A stretch of 64,000 nt of DNA from Adineta vaga (taxonomy: Eukaryota; Animalia; Rotifera): NCBI GenBank assembly GCA_021613535.1, contig CP075496.1, positions 13,640,001-13,704,000 on the forward strand, given 5' to 3'. The translations under genes were made by a program, and so were the position numbers. Each line of letters starts with the position of its first letter. Positions within the stretch are counted from its first letter, which is position 1. Shown here piece by piece: positions 52,167 to 63,828 of the stretch. Under the pieces are notes generated by a model. The model saw only the letters and a list, made by a program, of their open reading frames with translations, was not told the DNA's origin and searched no databases.

Positions 52167-54267
52167 TTAAATCAAATATATTGAATCAATATAACCTTGA
52201 CCAGATGCAATACCACCTTCAATATTCATTGATGGTTTACTTCGTAATAAATAACCACCAGTTCGTTCGAATAGAATTCGTTCATTTTGACTGATTAAAC
52301 TACCGAATATACCTAATTCACTGTTGATTTGTTGTTCGATGATATTTCCATTTGCTGTCGGTGAACGTATTAAACTCTGTTGAATTGGAGCATATATTCG
52401 AGACATCAGAAAATAACGTTTCGATTGTTTAGCAATCAAAATCTGTTCAAGACGTTCTCTAGAAAAACATCGAAATAGAATTGAAAAGATGATCATTAAG
52501 TTATGATTACTTGAGTAGCGGACCACAATACACATTTCCACCTGAAGAATAACAAAGAACGTTGTTAGAGTTATTGTTTCGATTATCCATAAGATTATAA
52601 CAAATCATTTACCTCCTTCTCGACTTTGTTTCAAATAGAAAGATTCTGGTTTATCTAATATTCTTTGTTGTATAACCGGATCATTCATTGCCTAAATATC
52701 CAACAAACAACCACATGAATTCAATCGTATTGATTTGATATTACCTGTTCAATTGTAAACATTTCTTCTGTAATATCTTTCATATCATCAATAAACTGTT
52801 CTTTTTCTTGAAAAATTTCTTCCAAAAAGCTTTCTTTCGTCAATGCTAATTGAAAACATTTCATTCCAGCTAGATGATATCTTAAACTTGGACATTTAAT
52901 CGCTCGTGATGATTCTAACATAATATAAGCTTGCCAAATCTAAAAAAATCAACCAAATAAATGATATTCTAATAAAACTACATTGTTTTAATCTTCATTG
53001 TAGAAATGTTTTGGATCATACGCTGTTCGATAATACACCAGTGCAACTTCGAATTCATTACTAAATTATAAACAAAAGATTCAATTTAATTCCTTTGCTT
53101 ATCTTATCTAATGAAAGATAAGCTCACAAGAAAAGAGTGCCTTTAGAATTCAAAGAACAATGATGAAAAATATCGATTAATGTTACATGTTTAACAAGCA
53201 AAGAAGAATGTTGATATAAAGATAAAAGACCTTGTTCAATGAGCATTTGATCACCTATATTAAATTCACGTTCGGGTATAACGAAAAGAATAATTGCTCT
53301 GAAAAAAAAATAATTAAAGATAACAATAAATCATTCGTGAAAGAAAACTTCGATGTTTCAAACTTTGTATTATCATAAATTTTCCATGATTCAAATAAAG
53401 TTTCAATAATTAGATCTTGAGATTCATTTTCCGGTAACTTCAATGAATAAGAGGCGATCAATTTTTCAATTTTAATTTTATTATTTATTAAATTTACCTG
53501 TGATACTAAATTTGATTGAACATTAGTTAGAAATTTCCTAAAAATACAAATATTCTTCTTCATTTCTACTTGAAAAAAGAAACTAGTCGATAATTTGATT
53601 TACTTATGCCATGTATACATCAATTTTGCTGCTGCACCAAGACCAATAGCAATTGTATTGATTTCAATAAGACGAAGTTGAGTTCTTTTTGGAAGTGTAT
53701 TCATTTGTTGTAACATATAATCTGTTCGAATGATACAAGTTTCAGCAATACTCTACTATACAAAACGAAAACTAATCGTTTTAAATCAATCTTGATTTAC
53801 TTGATATGGAAGTTGTTGAATTTGATCATAAATCTGTCGTAATCGTTTTAGAAATGGATCACAATCAATTAAACTAAATAGAGGAGATGATTTTCTTCTA
53901 AAATTTATCTCTTTCGATATTTATTTACTTTTCTAAAACTGAATCCATTATATTCATATTCGATGCAAGACGTTGAACAAGTCGATTGATTCCATATTGA
54001 ATTTGACGAGCTTTTTCATATTCATTTCGTGGATATGACGATGGATAGATTGTAAATGGATAGGGAATAACATTCGAATCATCATTAAGTGTAAAACAAC
54101 GTTGAACAAAACCTTTAAATCAATCCAACAAGAAAGCACATGAGAAAAATATTTGTAAGAACACACTTGCCATGAGCTAAAGCCCATTGTTGACATTCAA
54201 CATTGAGTTCATTTCGATTTAAATTTTGAATAGATTGTTCGAGAGATAACCTCGTACTGTCTGACAT
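52167..54267 (-). CDS. GSS: Glutathione synthetase (eukaryotic type)
   Basis: WALAHG, PFTIYPS.YPR, IRTDYM, IEINTIA, VYYRTAY.P.H, LESSRAIKCP...HLAG.K..Q, KQSREGGGN, LMSRI, SELGIFG, GYLLRSK....EGGIASG...DS..L. Confidence 0.92.
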
Positions 54268-56260
54268 TCTGAAATATTCGAAATGAAAAGATAAAACTAT
54301 GTATATCTGCTTGTACGTGACTTTGTTGGATTAAAAAGAAAATGTTTACTTCCTAGATCATCATTTTTTCCTTTCTTATGCAACTGATAAGTTCAAGGAC
54401 ATAATTTTCGATATAGTACAAATATCGTAACATAATCAAATGAGTCATCATATGTAATCATCAAGGTTTTATTCTTCCTCGCCACTGGTGAATGCAGATG
54501 ACCAACGAAAGGCAATAAACTATAGAGTACTCTTGTAGTAAATGTTTTCATTCGCATTGTATAGAAGATCAAAATGACAATCATCTTCTTCGTAGTTTGT
54601 TTTACTTTATTGTTTTATTAGATGACGCGAGAGTATAATATGAATACTTTCAAAATGCACTGAATAAACTAAATATCTGAATGCGATAAGATATAAAGTT
54701 CTTTTGCAGCAGAGTTATTTTGATGTGATTATTAGATTAAAAAAACATTCATAAACAATAGATCTCTATTCATCTTGGGGCAATGATGTATATCATGTCA
54801 ATAGATCAAAGAGAATACAAGCTAGTTGATTTACGTTCTTCCTAGAGATATTAATACTCATAGAGAGAGAAAGAGAATCTAAGGATGTGTAGTTCTAGTC
54901 AATCATTGATAGAACACGTGTTTAACTTTTATGTATATTGAGAAATAATGTATTGTCATATGAAATGATAATGAACAGAGATCAGATTCTGTTTTTTGTC
55001 TTTTTTTATATGAATTTTTAATCATTGTACGAATAGTATAATCTTTTTTTCCATATCTCGTTATTTTCAAACGAAACAGAATGACTTTTCATAAATGATT
55101 TATAAAGCAAAAAAAATGAGTTGTTTTCTGAGTTTAAACACGAATAAACAGATTCAGTTTATAGCGATAGAACCATTAGTTTCTCTTAACATTTTTTATA
55201 TCTTTAAATCCCATAGGAAGATCTTTTTATTCTTGAAAAACATATAAGAATTGCGATACATTTCGTTTAAGTATTCCTTCTACATGTACGATATTCACAT
55301 TTATCTTAATTTCTGATCTCATTGATCGAGAAAAATTCTTTGATATTCACCTTCAGATATAAAGAAAAAAAAAACCCACTTCTTTTATGATGTAAATAAC
55401 AACTAGTACTCGTTCGTATGTCTACTCGAATCTAAATGAGTTTTTTAGATAATGTATTGATGTATCATAGTCAAGGAAATGAACAAGTAATGATTCGAAC
55501 CCGCACATCTAGAAATTCTCATTAATGTACTCATCTTTTTTTAGTTCAAAAAGATATCCGGTTCTATTAAAAGCACTTCTATTCCATTAGAATCATAGAA
55601 ACTTGTTTTAAAAGAGAGTAGAAAATCATATTTCTTCGTAAATATTCTATCTCTACAAAAAAAAGATGTTTCTTGTTTAAAATAGAATAAAACCCAGGTA
55701 TTCTACGCATCAAACATTTCTGATATTAGGTTATTTCTGCATCTGAATTGTAAGTACGACAATTTATATGATCTTTCATATAAATTTCATTTATTTCAAC
55801 GAGAAGTTCGATTAAAAATATCCAAGCGAATCTTCGTATAGGAAAAAGCAAACGAGTAACGATGATAATCATATTAAATAACTAAAAAAAATGAAGAGGA
55901 GTTTTTGATTATATTAAAAAAGATCATCGATATGTAATTAAATGAAGGAGGAAAATATTGAACGAACATAAACAATATTATACATTCATCAAGAAAACAT
56001 TGTTGAATTATTTATATCAACGAATAAAAACCTAATGATACGAGCGGTAAGAAAATCTTTTCTTCTAGAAATTAATTATTTATTTCAAAAAATCATATCT
56101 TATCGATTGTTTCAATAGATATTCTTTTCCTCTCTTTTTTTTTCTTTGACACAAATCTTTCATGCATATATTTATCATCTGTCAAAATTCTCATTTTTCA
56201 ATAGATATTCAGAACGCCCGTCGAAGTACAATACTACATGTTCAGTGAATAAATCTGATA

Positions 56261-57448
56261 ATGTTAAATTCAACAACCAATGGAAATAGTTCATTAACTT
56301 TAGAAAGTATTGTTTGTTCACAATTAGAATTAAAACGACATGCAGCTTCTTTTTCACGTCGTCGAAGTACAATGTGTCATCGACCATCCTTATATGTTCC
56401 TGGACAAGCACCGCCAATGTTAACAATCTCTTCATCAAATCCTCGACGATCCACTTCAACTATTGCTGATCTATCAGTTCAACTTTTAAAAACGAAAAGT
56501 TTAAATCATGATGGAAAACGAAGTCGAGCAGCATCGATTAATTCAGCAGTTGGTTCAACATTACGTAATAGTCTTGGAGAACGACAATCACTTGTTTCAA
56601 TGTTATATTGGGATTCAACACGAAATATAACAACTAAAAAAGTATTATTAATTAGTTTAGAAATTGATAAATCAATTTCTTTTTTCAAGGATGAATCAAA
56701 TACATCAAAATGGAGTATTGATTATCAGCATGATACGGCTCATTATGGTAGTTTAAGAGCACGTTTAGTTGAAGAATATAACGATTGTGAATCATTATTT
56801 GAATTTTCAAAAAAAACCATCTTTGTACTTGTACATACAAGTAAGTTTGTTCTCTTTCGCAAATCTAAATTCTTCACATCAATTTATTTAGAAATTGCAA
56901 CCGTTTGTCTTGGTCTTATTCTTATTCTTCCTATCATTATGATAAGTATTGGTATTTTAATCGAAATATTCACATTGTTTTATTTGTTTTGTTTCATATA
57001 TTTTGTTTTCAATTTAGGTGTTAGTCATTTAAGTGATTGTCCACGTCAAACATATTTACCTATTTATTTATTCGTTGCCGGAATTGTTTGGACAACAAAA
57101 CTTCTACAAAATATTTGGCATAAATATCGAATGCAACAAAAAGCATCGAATGATGAAGAAACTCCATCCGAAAGAAATGATGGTCATGCATTTATTGATG
57201 GTTTAATGACTTCATTTTTGATTATTTGGTTCTTCTTAGGACATTATTGGTTAATAACAATCGGTTATCCACCACATTTTGAACAACCTTTGGAAACACC
57301 AGAGATTTGGTGTGATAAATCAGTTGTTTTATGTGCATTTGCATCGATCGTGATTACATATTTTTTATTAATTATATTTCTTATTATTGTAATGTTGTTA
57401 GTTTGTTGTACTCGATGTACGATTATAAAAGAAATATCGACAAGTTGA
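56261..57448 (+). CDS. TMEM272-like multi-pass membrane protein with long N-terminal cytoplasmic region
   Basis: ILPIIMISIG...CPRQTYLPIYLFVAG...FLIIWFFLG.YW...CDK..; the ORF reads through two in-frame introns (~56841-56892, ~56952-57018). Confidence 0.7.
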   Translation: MLNSTTNGNSSLTLESIVCSQLELKRHAASFSRRRSTMCHRPSLYVPGQAPPMLTISSSNPRRSTSTIADLSVQLLKTKSLNHDGKRSRAASINSAVGSTLRNSLGERQSLVSMLYWDSTRNITTKKVLLISLEIDKSISFFKDESNTSKWSIDYQHDTAHYGSLRARLVEEYNDCESLFEFSKKTIFVLVHTSKFVLFRKSKFFTSIYLEIATVCLGLILILPIIMISIGILIEIFTLFYLFCFIYFVFNLGVSHLSDCPRQTYLPIYLFVAGIVWTTKLLQNIWHKYRMQQKASNDEETPSERNDGHAFIDGLMTSFLIIWFFLGHYWLITIGYPPHFEQPLETPEIWCDKSVVLCAFASIVITYFLLIIFLIIVMLLVCCTRCTIIKEISTS

Positions 57449-57782
57449 ATGTATGTGTATAAATAAAAGGAAAAAAACACATTTTACGATGGAGAATGAT
57501 GGTTTTCTATGTTGATAAAAGAATATAGTGTTTATTTTCCTAGCTTTATCATGAGTAGGTAGAATACTACTCATATCATTTGAAGTCAATTATATAGATC
57601 GAAAGAAAGAACTCTTATTTTAATTATTGGAAATTTTATGAATGAAACAATTATTCAGAATGATTACGAAGAGATTGTATAGAAAATAACTATATTCATT
57701 CGTTTAGAATATCAACAATATGTAAATCAAGCTCGTTTAGTTGATAATCTATCATAATGCTAAAATCAAAAGTTTTTTCGAA

Positions 57783-57828
57783 GCAGGGGGACGTTACGCC
57801 CCTCGCGCCACCCCTCGGGACGCCACTG
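57783..57828 (-). mobile_element. Probable terminal/subterminal end of a hAT-family DNA transposon or MITE
   Basis: Isolated GC-rich 46-mer; minus strand reads CAGTGGCGTCCCGAGGGGTGGCGCGAGGGGCGTAACGTCCCCCTGC, a CAGTGGCG...GGGG-type hAT terminus. No partner TIR found. Confidence 0.5.
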
Positions 57829-58989
57829 ACAATGAATATCGTTTCTTGTTTGTAAATCTTTATACTCAAATAAAAATGTTTAAGTTTTTAAACTATTTAC
57901 TTAGTTATAACATAGGACAAAGTGGATTTTCTTAATAGAATGTTCTCGATCAAAAATATATTTTCTTATGAATCTGATTCATAGATTAGTCAGCTTTCTA
58001 TAATGACGTGTTCTAGATAGAAAGGATCAGAGAGAGAAGAAAAGGAAGAAAAGCAGCAATATTCGACCGGAACGTTGGACTACGTCAAGTCTCTCTCATT
58101 TTCTTTATCGGAGACTTTTTTTTATGACGATTTATATCTGTAGATTAGTGATAGAAATGAAAGGTAATCGAATTGCATCATTGTCTAGGTTAACATTATT
58201 GTGTGACAACGTGTTTTCTTTTTTTCCTGTAGAGAATTAGTCATCTTGGAAATATGTTCTTGTTTCTATATATATATATATATGTGCATGGAAATTTCCA
58301 ACATTATACAAAAATAAGAGTATATATATATCAATTCATTCAGTATAGTTGAATTTTATTTCTTACAAGAGATTTTGTTTGTAATTGAGTAATAACGAAA
58401 TGATACCCGCCCACTTTCTCTTTTTTTTCTTCTTCCTGCTATATATATATATATATATGTAAGTATTCTTGAGCGCTATATCTTATATGAATTGGGACAT
58501 ACATAAATATAAGAAAGAAAAAAAATCACGGATTTTGTCTATCCTATTCTATTCTTGCATCATCCATTTACATCGTTGGAAATTTCACAATCAAAATCAA
58601 GAACGAAGAGAAAAAAAAAGCTTATTTCTCTATTCAAAAGATTTTTTCCCAGCATTACTTCTTCTCTTTTCTTCCTGCTCTTCCGATTAATTTTATTTTT
58701 GTTTTTACTGAAAATGGGCATAACAATTACGATGAGATTTACTTCTTCATTTCAAGCTCTGAAAGAGACAAGGAGGATTTTTTTCCACTGTTGTAAATAT
58801 ATACACACGTAGACATAATATTTGTTTTTGCTTTTCGCTGAAAACGAAATCTTTAGTGGTATGCCACAACGTTGTTTCATTTCTTTCTTTTCATAATCGG
58901 CATGTGTAAAATTTACAATTTCTTTTTTTCCAATCTATTTCAGATACATACGTCTTTCATTTGTTTTGAAAAACATAAACAATCGAGCG

Positions 58990-60037
58990 ATGACTGGTTC
59001 ATTTTTGTTTGATCGTCAACATAGTTTGGCAGCAGGTTATTCAAATATTAATAAAGTGGAACGGTCAAAGCTTCGTCGTTGGTCATCAGCTGAATCACCC
59101 TATTTATCCGATGATCAACAAAAAGTTGAAGAAATACAAAGTTTTCAACGTAATCAAACACCAAGTGATTTCGATTCAGGTTTAGAAGATTCTGATCAAC
59201 AAAATGGAAATGATATTAATGATGATGAACCCATTGGCGATTTTGAGGCTGATACAGATGAATGTATTGAAGAGAATTTACTTACACCTATTGCTACTGA
59301 AAAACATACAGTTGACAATAACTATTCACGTAAGTGTAATTCATTGGGTGTTTTCCTATGTTGTGATAATTTTGTTCTGTAGATTTGGTTGAACTTGCTT
59401 CAAGTGTACCTAATATTGATAAAAAAGAATTTTGTGATAATACAATGGTCGTCTTTCATGCTGAATGTGCTCTACAAGTTAGTCGTATTGTGAATTCAAT
59501 TAATCCTAATTATCAATATTATCTATGGAGTGAAGAGGAAGTCAATAGTGATGCATGCCAATGGCCTGGATGTGGTTTCTTAAAACTTGACAATGCTAAA
59601 GCTCAGTTTCGATGTACAAATCCTTCTTGTCAACGTTTATGGACATCAATGCGTGCTCGAATTTTATTTAAAGTTAGTTATCCTCAACCAAATGGTTACA
59701 TTGTTCTCAAAATCTTAGGACAAAATTGTCGAAATTGTCATGCATTCGCTGATGCTTTATGGTATATGGGTAAGTTTTTATCGAAAAATTCGTTTGATAA
59801 TTAAACAAAATCTTTACTTTGATTTTAGACGAAGTTTGTCGTGTGATGAAAAATTTATTTGATTCAATTTTAGCAATATATTTTCCTTGGATGGTTGACT
59901 TTGATTTAGAAAATACAATTGAAAATCAATCGTTTCAACGTCCACGACATGATCCAAAGCAACGTAAAGGAGCAATGCGTGCACAACATAATCGAAATCT
60001 TTGTGAAGCATGTCGAGTTGGTGCTTGTTTTGCTTGA
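58990..60037 (+). CDS. zf-3CxxC (RTP/ZAR1-like zinc-binding domain) protein with acidic N-terminus
   Basis: AKAQFRCTNPSCQRLWTS...F....GQNCRNC...W...HNRNLCEACRVGAC; 3 exons. Confidence 0.85.
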
Positions 60038-60538
60038 AAGAAAAAGGATAACATGTGTACATTAGTCTATAGCTTTGTAAACTTTGGACTCTTCTTTATT
60101 TTGTTCTTGTTCTTTAGCTTATCTATCTAGGTTGTTTCGCACTATAGTGTTTTTTATGATACCATAATGGCGATATGAAGTTCTTCTCTGTATGCACATA
60201 TATCTTCTAGCTTTTTTTTTCCTGTGTGTTTATTCAGTGTTGTTGTTTTTTTCTTCACTAAAAGAAGCTTTATTCGTTGATTTCCTACACTTTTTAGTTA
60301 CGTTATATGATACTTATTCTGTAGAACTGTGTCTCTTCGTGTTGAATAAAACGAAAACTAAACGACAAAAATTTATTTTATTCAGAATAAGAGCACAAAA
60401 TGAATAACATCTACATTCTATTTCTTGGTTTGTTGAAGAAAGAAAACACAAGATGTAAGTTTCTTTATAAACAAGCGAGTATAAAATAAAAACAAAACAT
60501 CATTTGATGAAGAAAATCTAAGTTTATTTTTATTCAGT

Positions 60539-61161
60539 TTAGAATTTTGGAACATCAATCTTCGAAACCATTAATGCTGCTAGAGCAATCATAATAAGTG
60601 GTGAAACGTAGGAAAATATTGCTAAAAATGCAACTGTTAAACCAGCAGCTGGAATTGGAAGACCAATGAAATGTCCTTCAGTTGGATTAACATTGAATCG
60701 AGCTAAACGCCAAGCACCGGCTAGACTAAAAACAACAAATAAATGTGTTTTAATAAAAAAAAAGAAACAATTCAGACTTACGGAAAACTAAAAAATGCGA
60801 TTATCATAAAAAATGACCATTGTGAAATTGAATAAGCTAGTATAGTTGGTGCAACACCGAACGAAACAACATCTGCTAATGAATCTAATTGTGCACCAAT
60901 TTTTGTTGTCAAACCAAGCATTCGTGCAACACGTCCATCGAAGAAGTCACATGCAGCCGCAATAAAAATAAATAAAGCTGAAAATCGATGAAGACCATTC
61001 ATAGCCATGATTAGAGAAAAAAGGCCACAAGCTAAATTTCCTAATGTTAATGCATTAGGCGCAGAAAGACGAAGTTTTCGTCCATATTCATCAATTAATT
61101 TTACATAAACATTATCCGATGATGGCGATGTTTTGATTTCAATTTCATCTGTATTCGACAT
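60539..61161 (-). CDS. pssA: CDP-diacylglycerol-serine O-phosphatidyltransferase (PssA, type II, bacterial-like)
   Basis: PNALTLGNLACG, DFFDGRVARML...IGAQLDSLADVVSFGVAP, AGAWRLARFN, FIGLPIPAAG, LMVS...PK; one 56-nt GT-AG intron (60726-60781). Confidence 0.9.
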
Positions 61162-61715
61162 TGTTATTGATTTGATCAATCTGAATTTACATAAAATGTT
61201 ACAGTTGACTAGTCGCAAGATTAATGACTCATGGAAATCGATTAGTGATTTTGTTAAGATTCGAAAATCAGGTAATGAAATTTTTCATATATCTGTTTGA
61301 AAAAAAAACGATATATGAAAAATAAGAATATTCAAATTTCTTATTTCTTCTTATAGATATAGAGAGATCCGATCAATAAAATGATTGGCTTACATATACA
61401 TATAATATTAGAAAATTTTTATTTTTAAATTTATTAATTCGAAAAAATATTTTTTTATTTTAGAAAATCGTTATAAAACAGAAATGGATTCAAAATTTCA
61501 TTATCAATTTAGCGACATCTTTTGAACCAATAGTGAGCTATAGCAAATATTTTTCTTCTTCTTCTTCATATATTATTACTACTGCTACCCCACCCTCACC
61601 CTACTTTCTTTTTAACGCATCTGCATCGATGGTACGATCATGGAAGTAGAAAGAAAGCTCGTTACTATGTTAATATCACGTTTTCTTTCTAAACTTTTAA
61701 TGGTTATGAAAAAAA

Positions 61716-63560
61716 ATGAATAATATAGCAACAGTTGATTTATTTCCAATGGAAACGAGTTTATCATCCCGATCGAAAAAATTACCACCACCACCTTTAT
61801 GTTTACCGGCAACAACAACGATAACAGACGAAGACAAACTATCAAATTCAAGTCAACAACGAGAACGAAAAAAATCTGCTAATAATTGTTGCCTACCATC
61901 ATCATCAGACGATTGTCCACATAAATCTGTTACATATGTAAGTAGATCATTTTTGTTTCCTAATCAATCACAATTCATATTGTATGATAAGATCCTTCCT
62001 GTTAGTCGACGTACAGAAATATTGAAAACTTTAGTATCTTCATCATCAACATTATTAGCACCACCATTATCGGAAGCAAAATCTAGAAAATCGAGTAATG
62101 CAACTTATGCTAATCAAATCAATTTACTTAAGTAAGAATAGAATTAATCTGGAATTGGAAGAGATTGAATTTATATTTTGACGTTTTAGACAACGTCAAC
62201 CAATATCAAAATCAACTGTCGATGATGCTGAATGGATTGATTTTATGCGTTTAATTATACACAAACCTTTGGAAGATGATTTGAAATCATTACTCGATAA
62301 ATATAAAACGGTAAATTTGATCTATGTATTTTCAATAAAAATAATATTTTCGAAATATATATTAGGCTTATTTTGATCAAGTCAATGCACCGAATGCATC
62401 CGATGATACGATTCGTTCAAGTTTATGTACCATTGTTACCGAGGTATGTTTTTTTGAGTTCATTCATGTGGAAGTTCGAGCCCCAACTCTTAGAATAGTT
62501 TAGTTCAATAATGAAGGCTGATGCTTTAATCTATTAGATTAGATGAGTAAAATTGAGTTTCTGATGAATCATTCTTTTCCAAAAGAATATACAAGGTTTA
62601 TTGCGCACTTCTTTTGTCTTTATATATCCTTGTCGTTCATTTAATCGTTGACATATGAAGAAAAAAGAAAAGAAAAGAGCAATGAACAGAAGAACAAAAT
62701 ATTAAGGCACCCGCGCCGGGACTCGAACCCGGACTCTTCGGATGTCTCTTGTTTTATAAGAAATTTAGGAGTCCGACGCCTTAATCCATTAGGCCACGCG
62801 GGCTTGTCTCTTTCATATGCTCATGATATGTGTTATCATAGGCTTTGACTACATACTCATCAAGTTCAATCCAATCAGCATCATCATCAACTTCAACAAC
62901 AACAGATGATCTAACCACAAATGTTTCTTCTCCTATCTCAACAACAGCAACAACAACTTCTCTAAACAATGGCAGTGCAAAGTAAATCTATTGACCAAAC
63001 TTTTTTCTCAAAGAAATATTTTCAATTAAAGACGAAAACGTAAAAGTATCGGTCCAACTTCATCCTTGTCTCTACCTATTCCAATCAATAGTCAAACAAA
63101 ATTTGTTATTAGTCATATCATACCCGGTAAATATGATAATTGTAATGGTAATAAAACAAACAATCAACAGCATAAACAATTTCAAAAGAAATACAGTCAT
63201 TTATTTAAAGTACGTTTTCATATATATATATATATATATATTTCTCGACGAATTAAACTTTTGTTTTTAGTATATACCTGACAAAGACGAACACACATAT
63301 CTTTTACGTGAAGATCATTTGAAAAGTACATTCTTTTCTTCTTCTGGTTCGCCAATAAATCAAAATATTTGTTTAATGTTATACGATGAAGTTTATAATA
63401 ATATGGATGATTATGATCTTGAATTAAGGTAGAAAACATTTCTTAACTTGTTTTTTTTTAAAATTTATATTTCGATTTTTTGTTTAGTGGAATATCAATG
63501 GATGATTCTTTTACTTTACCTGAATCACTTCTTGTACATATTAATTCAATTTATCAATAA
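61716..63560 (+). CDS. DNTTIP1/SAEG-2-like (MiDAC HDAC-complex subunit)
   Basis: IDFMRLIIHKPLEDDLKSLLDKYK.AYF resembles the dimerisation domain; TKFVI...KKYSHLFKYIPD...L and FTLPE resemble the C-terminal DNA-binding domain. Start may be 61749. Confidence 0.65.
62708..62803 (-). tRNA. trnR-CCT: tRNA-Arg(CCT) with a 22-nt intron after position 37
   Basis: GCCCGCG acceptor pairs with CGCGGGT; D arm TGGCCTAATGGATTAAGGC; anticodon stem TCGGA/TCCGA with CT-CCT-A; intron 62765-62744; T arm CCGGG-TTCGAGT-CCCGG; discriminator G; T-run downstream. Confidence 0.92.
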
Positions 63561-63828
63561 TCTGTGTTACAGTGATGTCAAGTACGGACATCGTCTTTTC
63601 CTTTCTCTGACTTTGTTTCGTTTTTTTTATCTTAAAAATTGTACATACACATGTTTTCTCGTCTCAATCTTCTATTTTAATAACCTGTATGAATCGATTT
63701 CTATATTGATTTGGCCTTTTTTTTTGTCTTGTTTTGTTTTTAGAATATATATATCTATATGTCTATAAGTTTATTTCAAAGAATCAAAATTCAAATCTAT
63801 TTTATTTCATTTCAGATCAATTAAAACC

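Noticed and set aside
54393-54584. 63-aa minus-strand ORF containing CAGTGGCG
   Set aside because: No homology recognised; the 8-mer has the same orientation as the hAT-like end at 57828, so it is not its partner TIR.
55491-55512. B-box-like GGGTTCGAATC on the minus strand (similar GTTCGAGCCC near 62474)
   Set aside because: No A-box or cloverleaf around it; at most a tRNA/SINE fragment.
62648-62848. 66-aa ORF (..RHPRRDSNPDSS..)
   Set aside because: Antisense translation of the tRNA-Arg gene.
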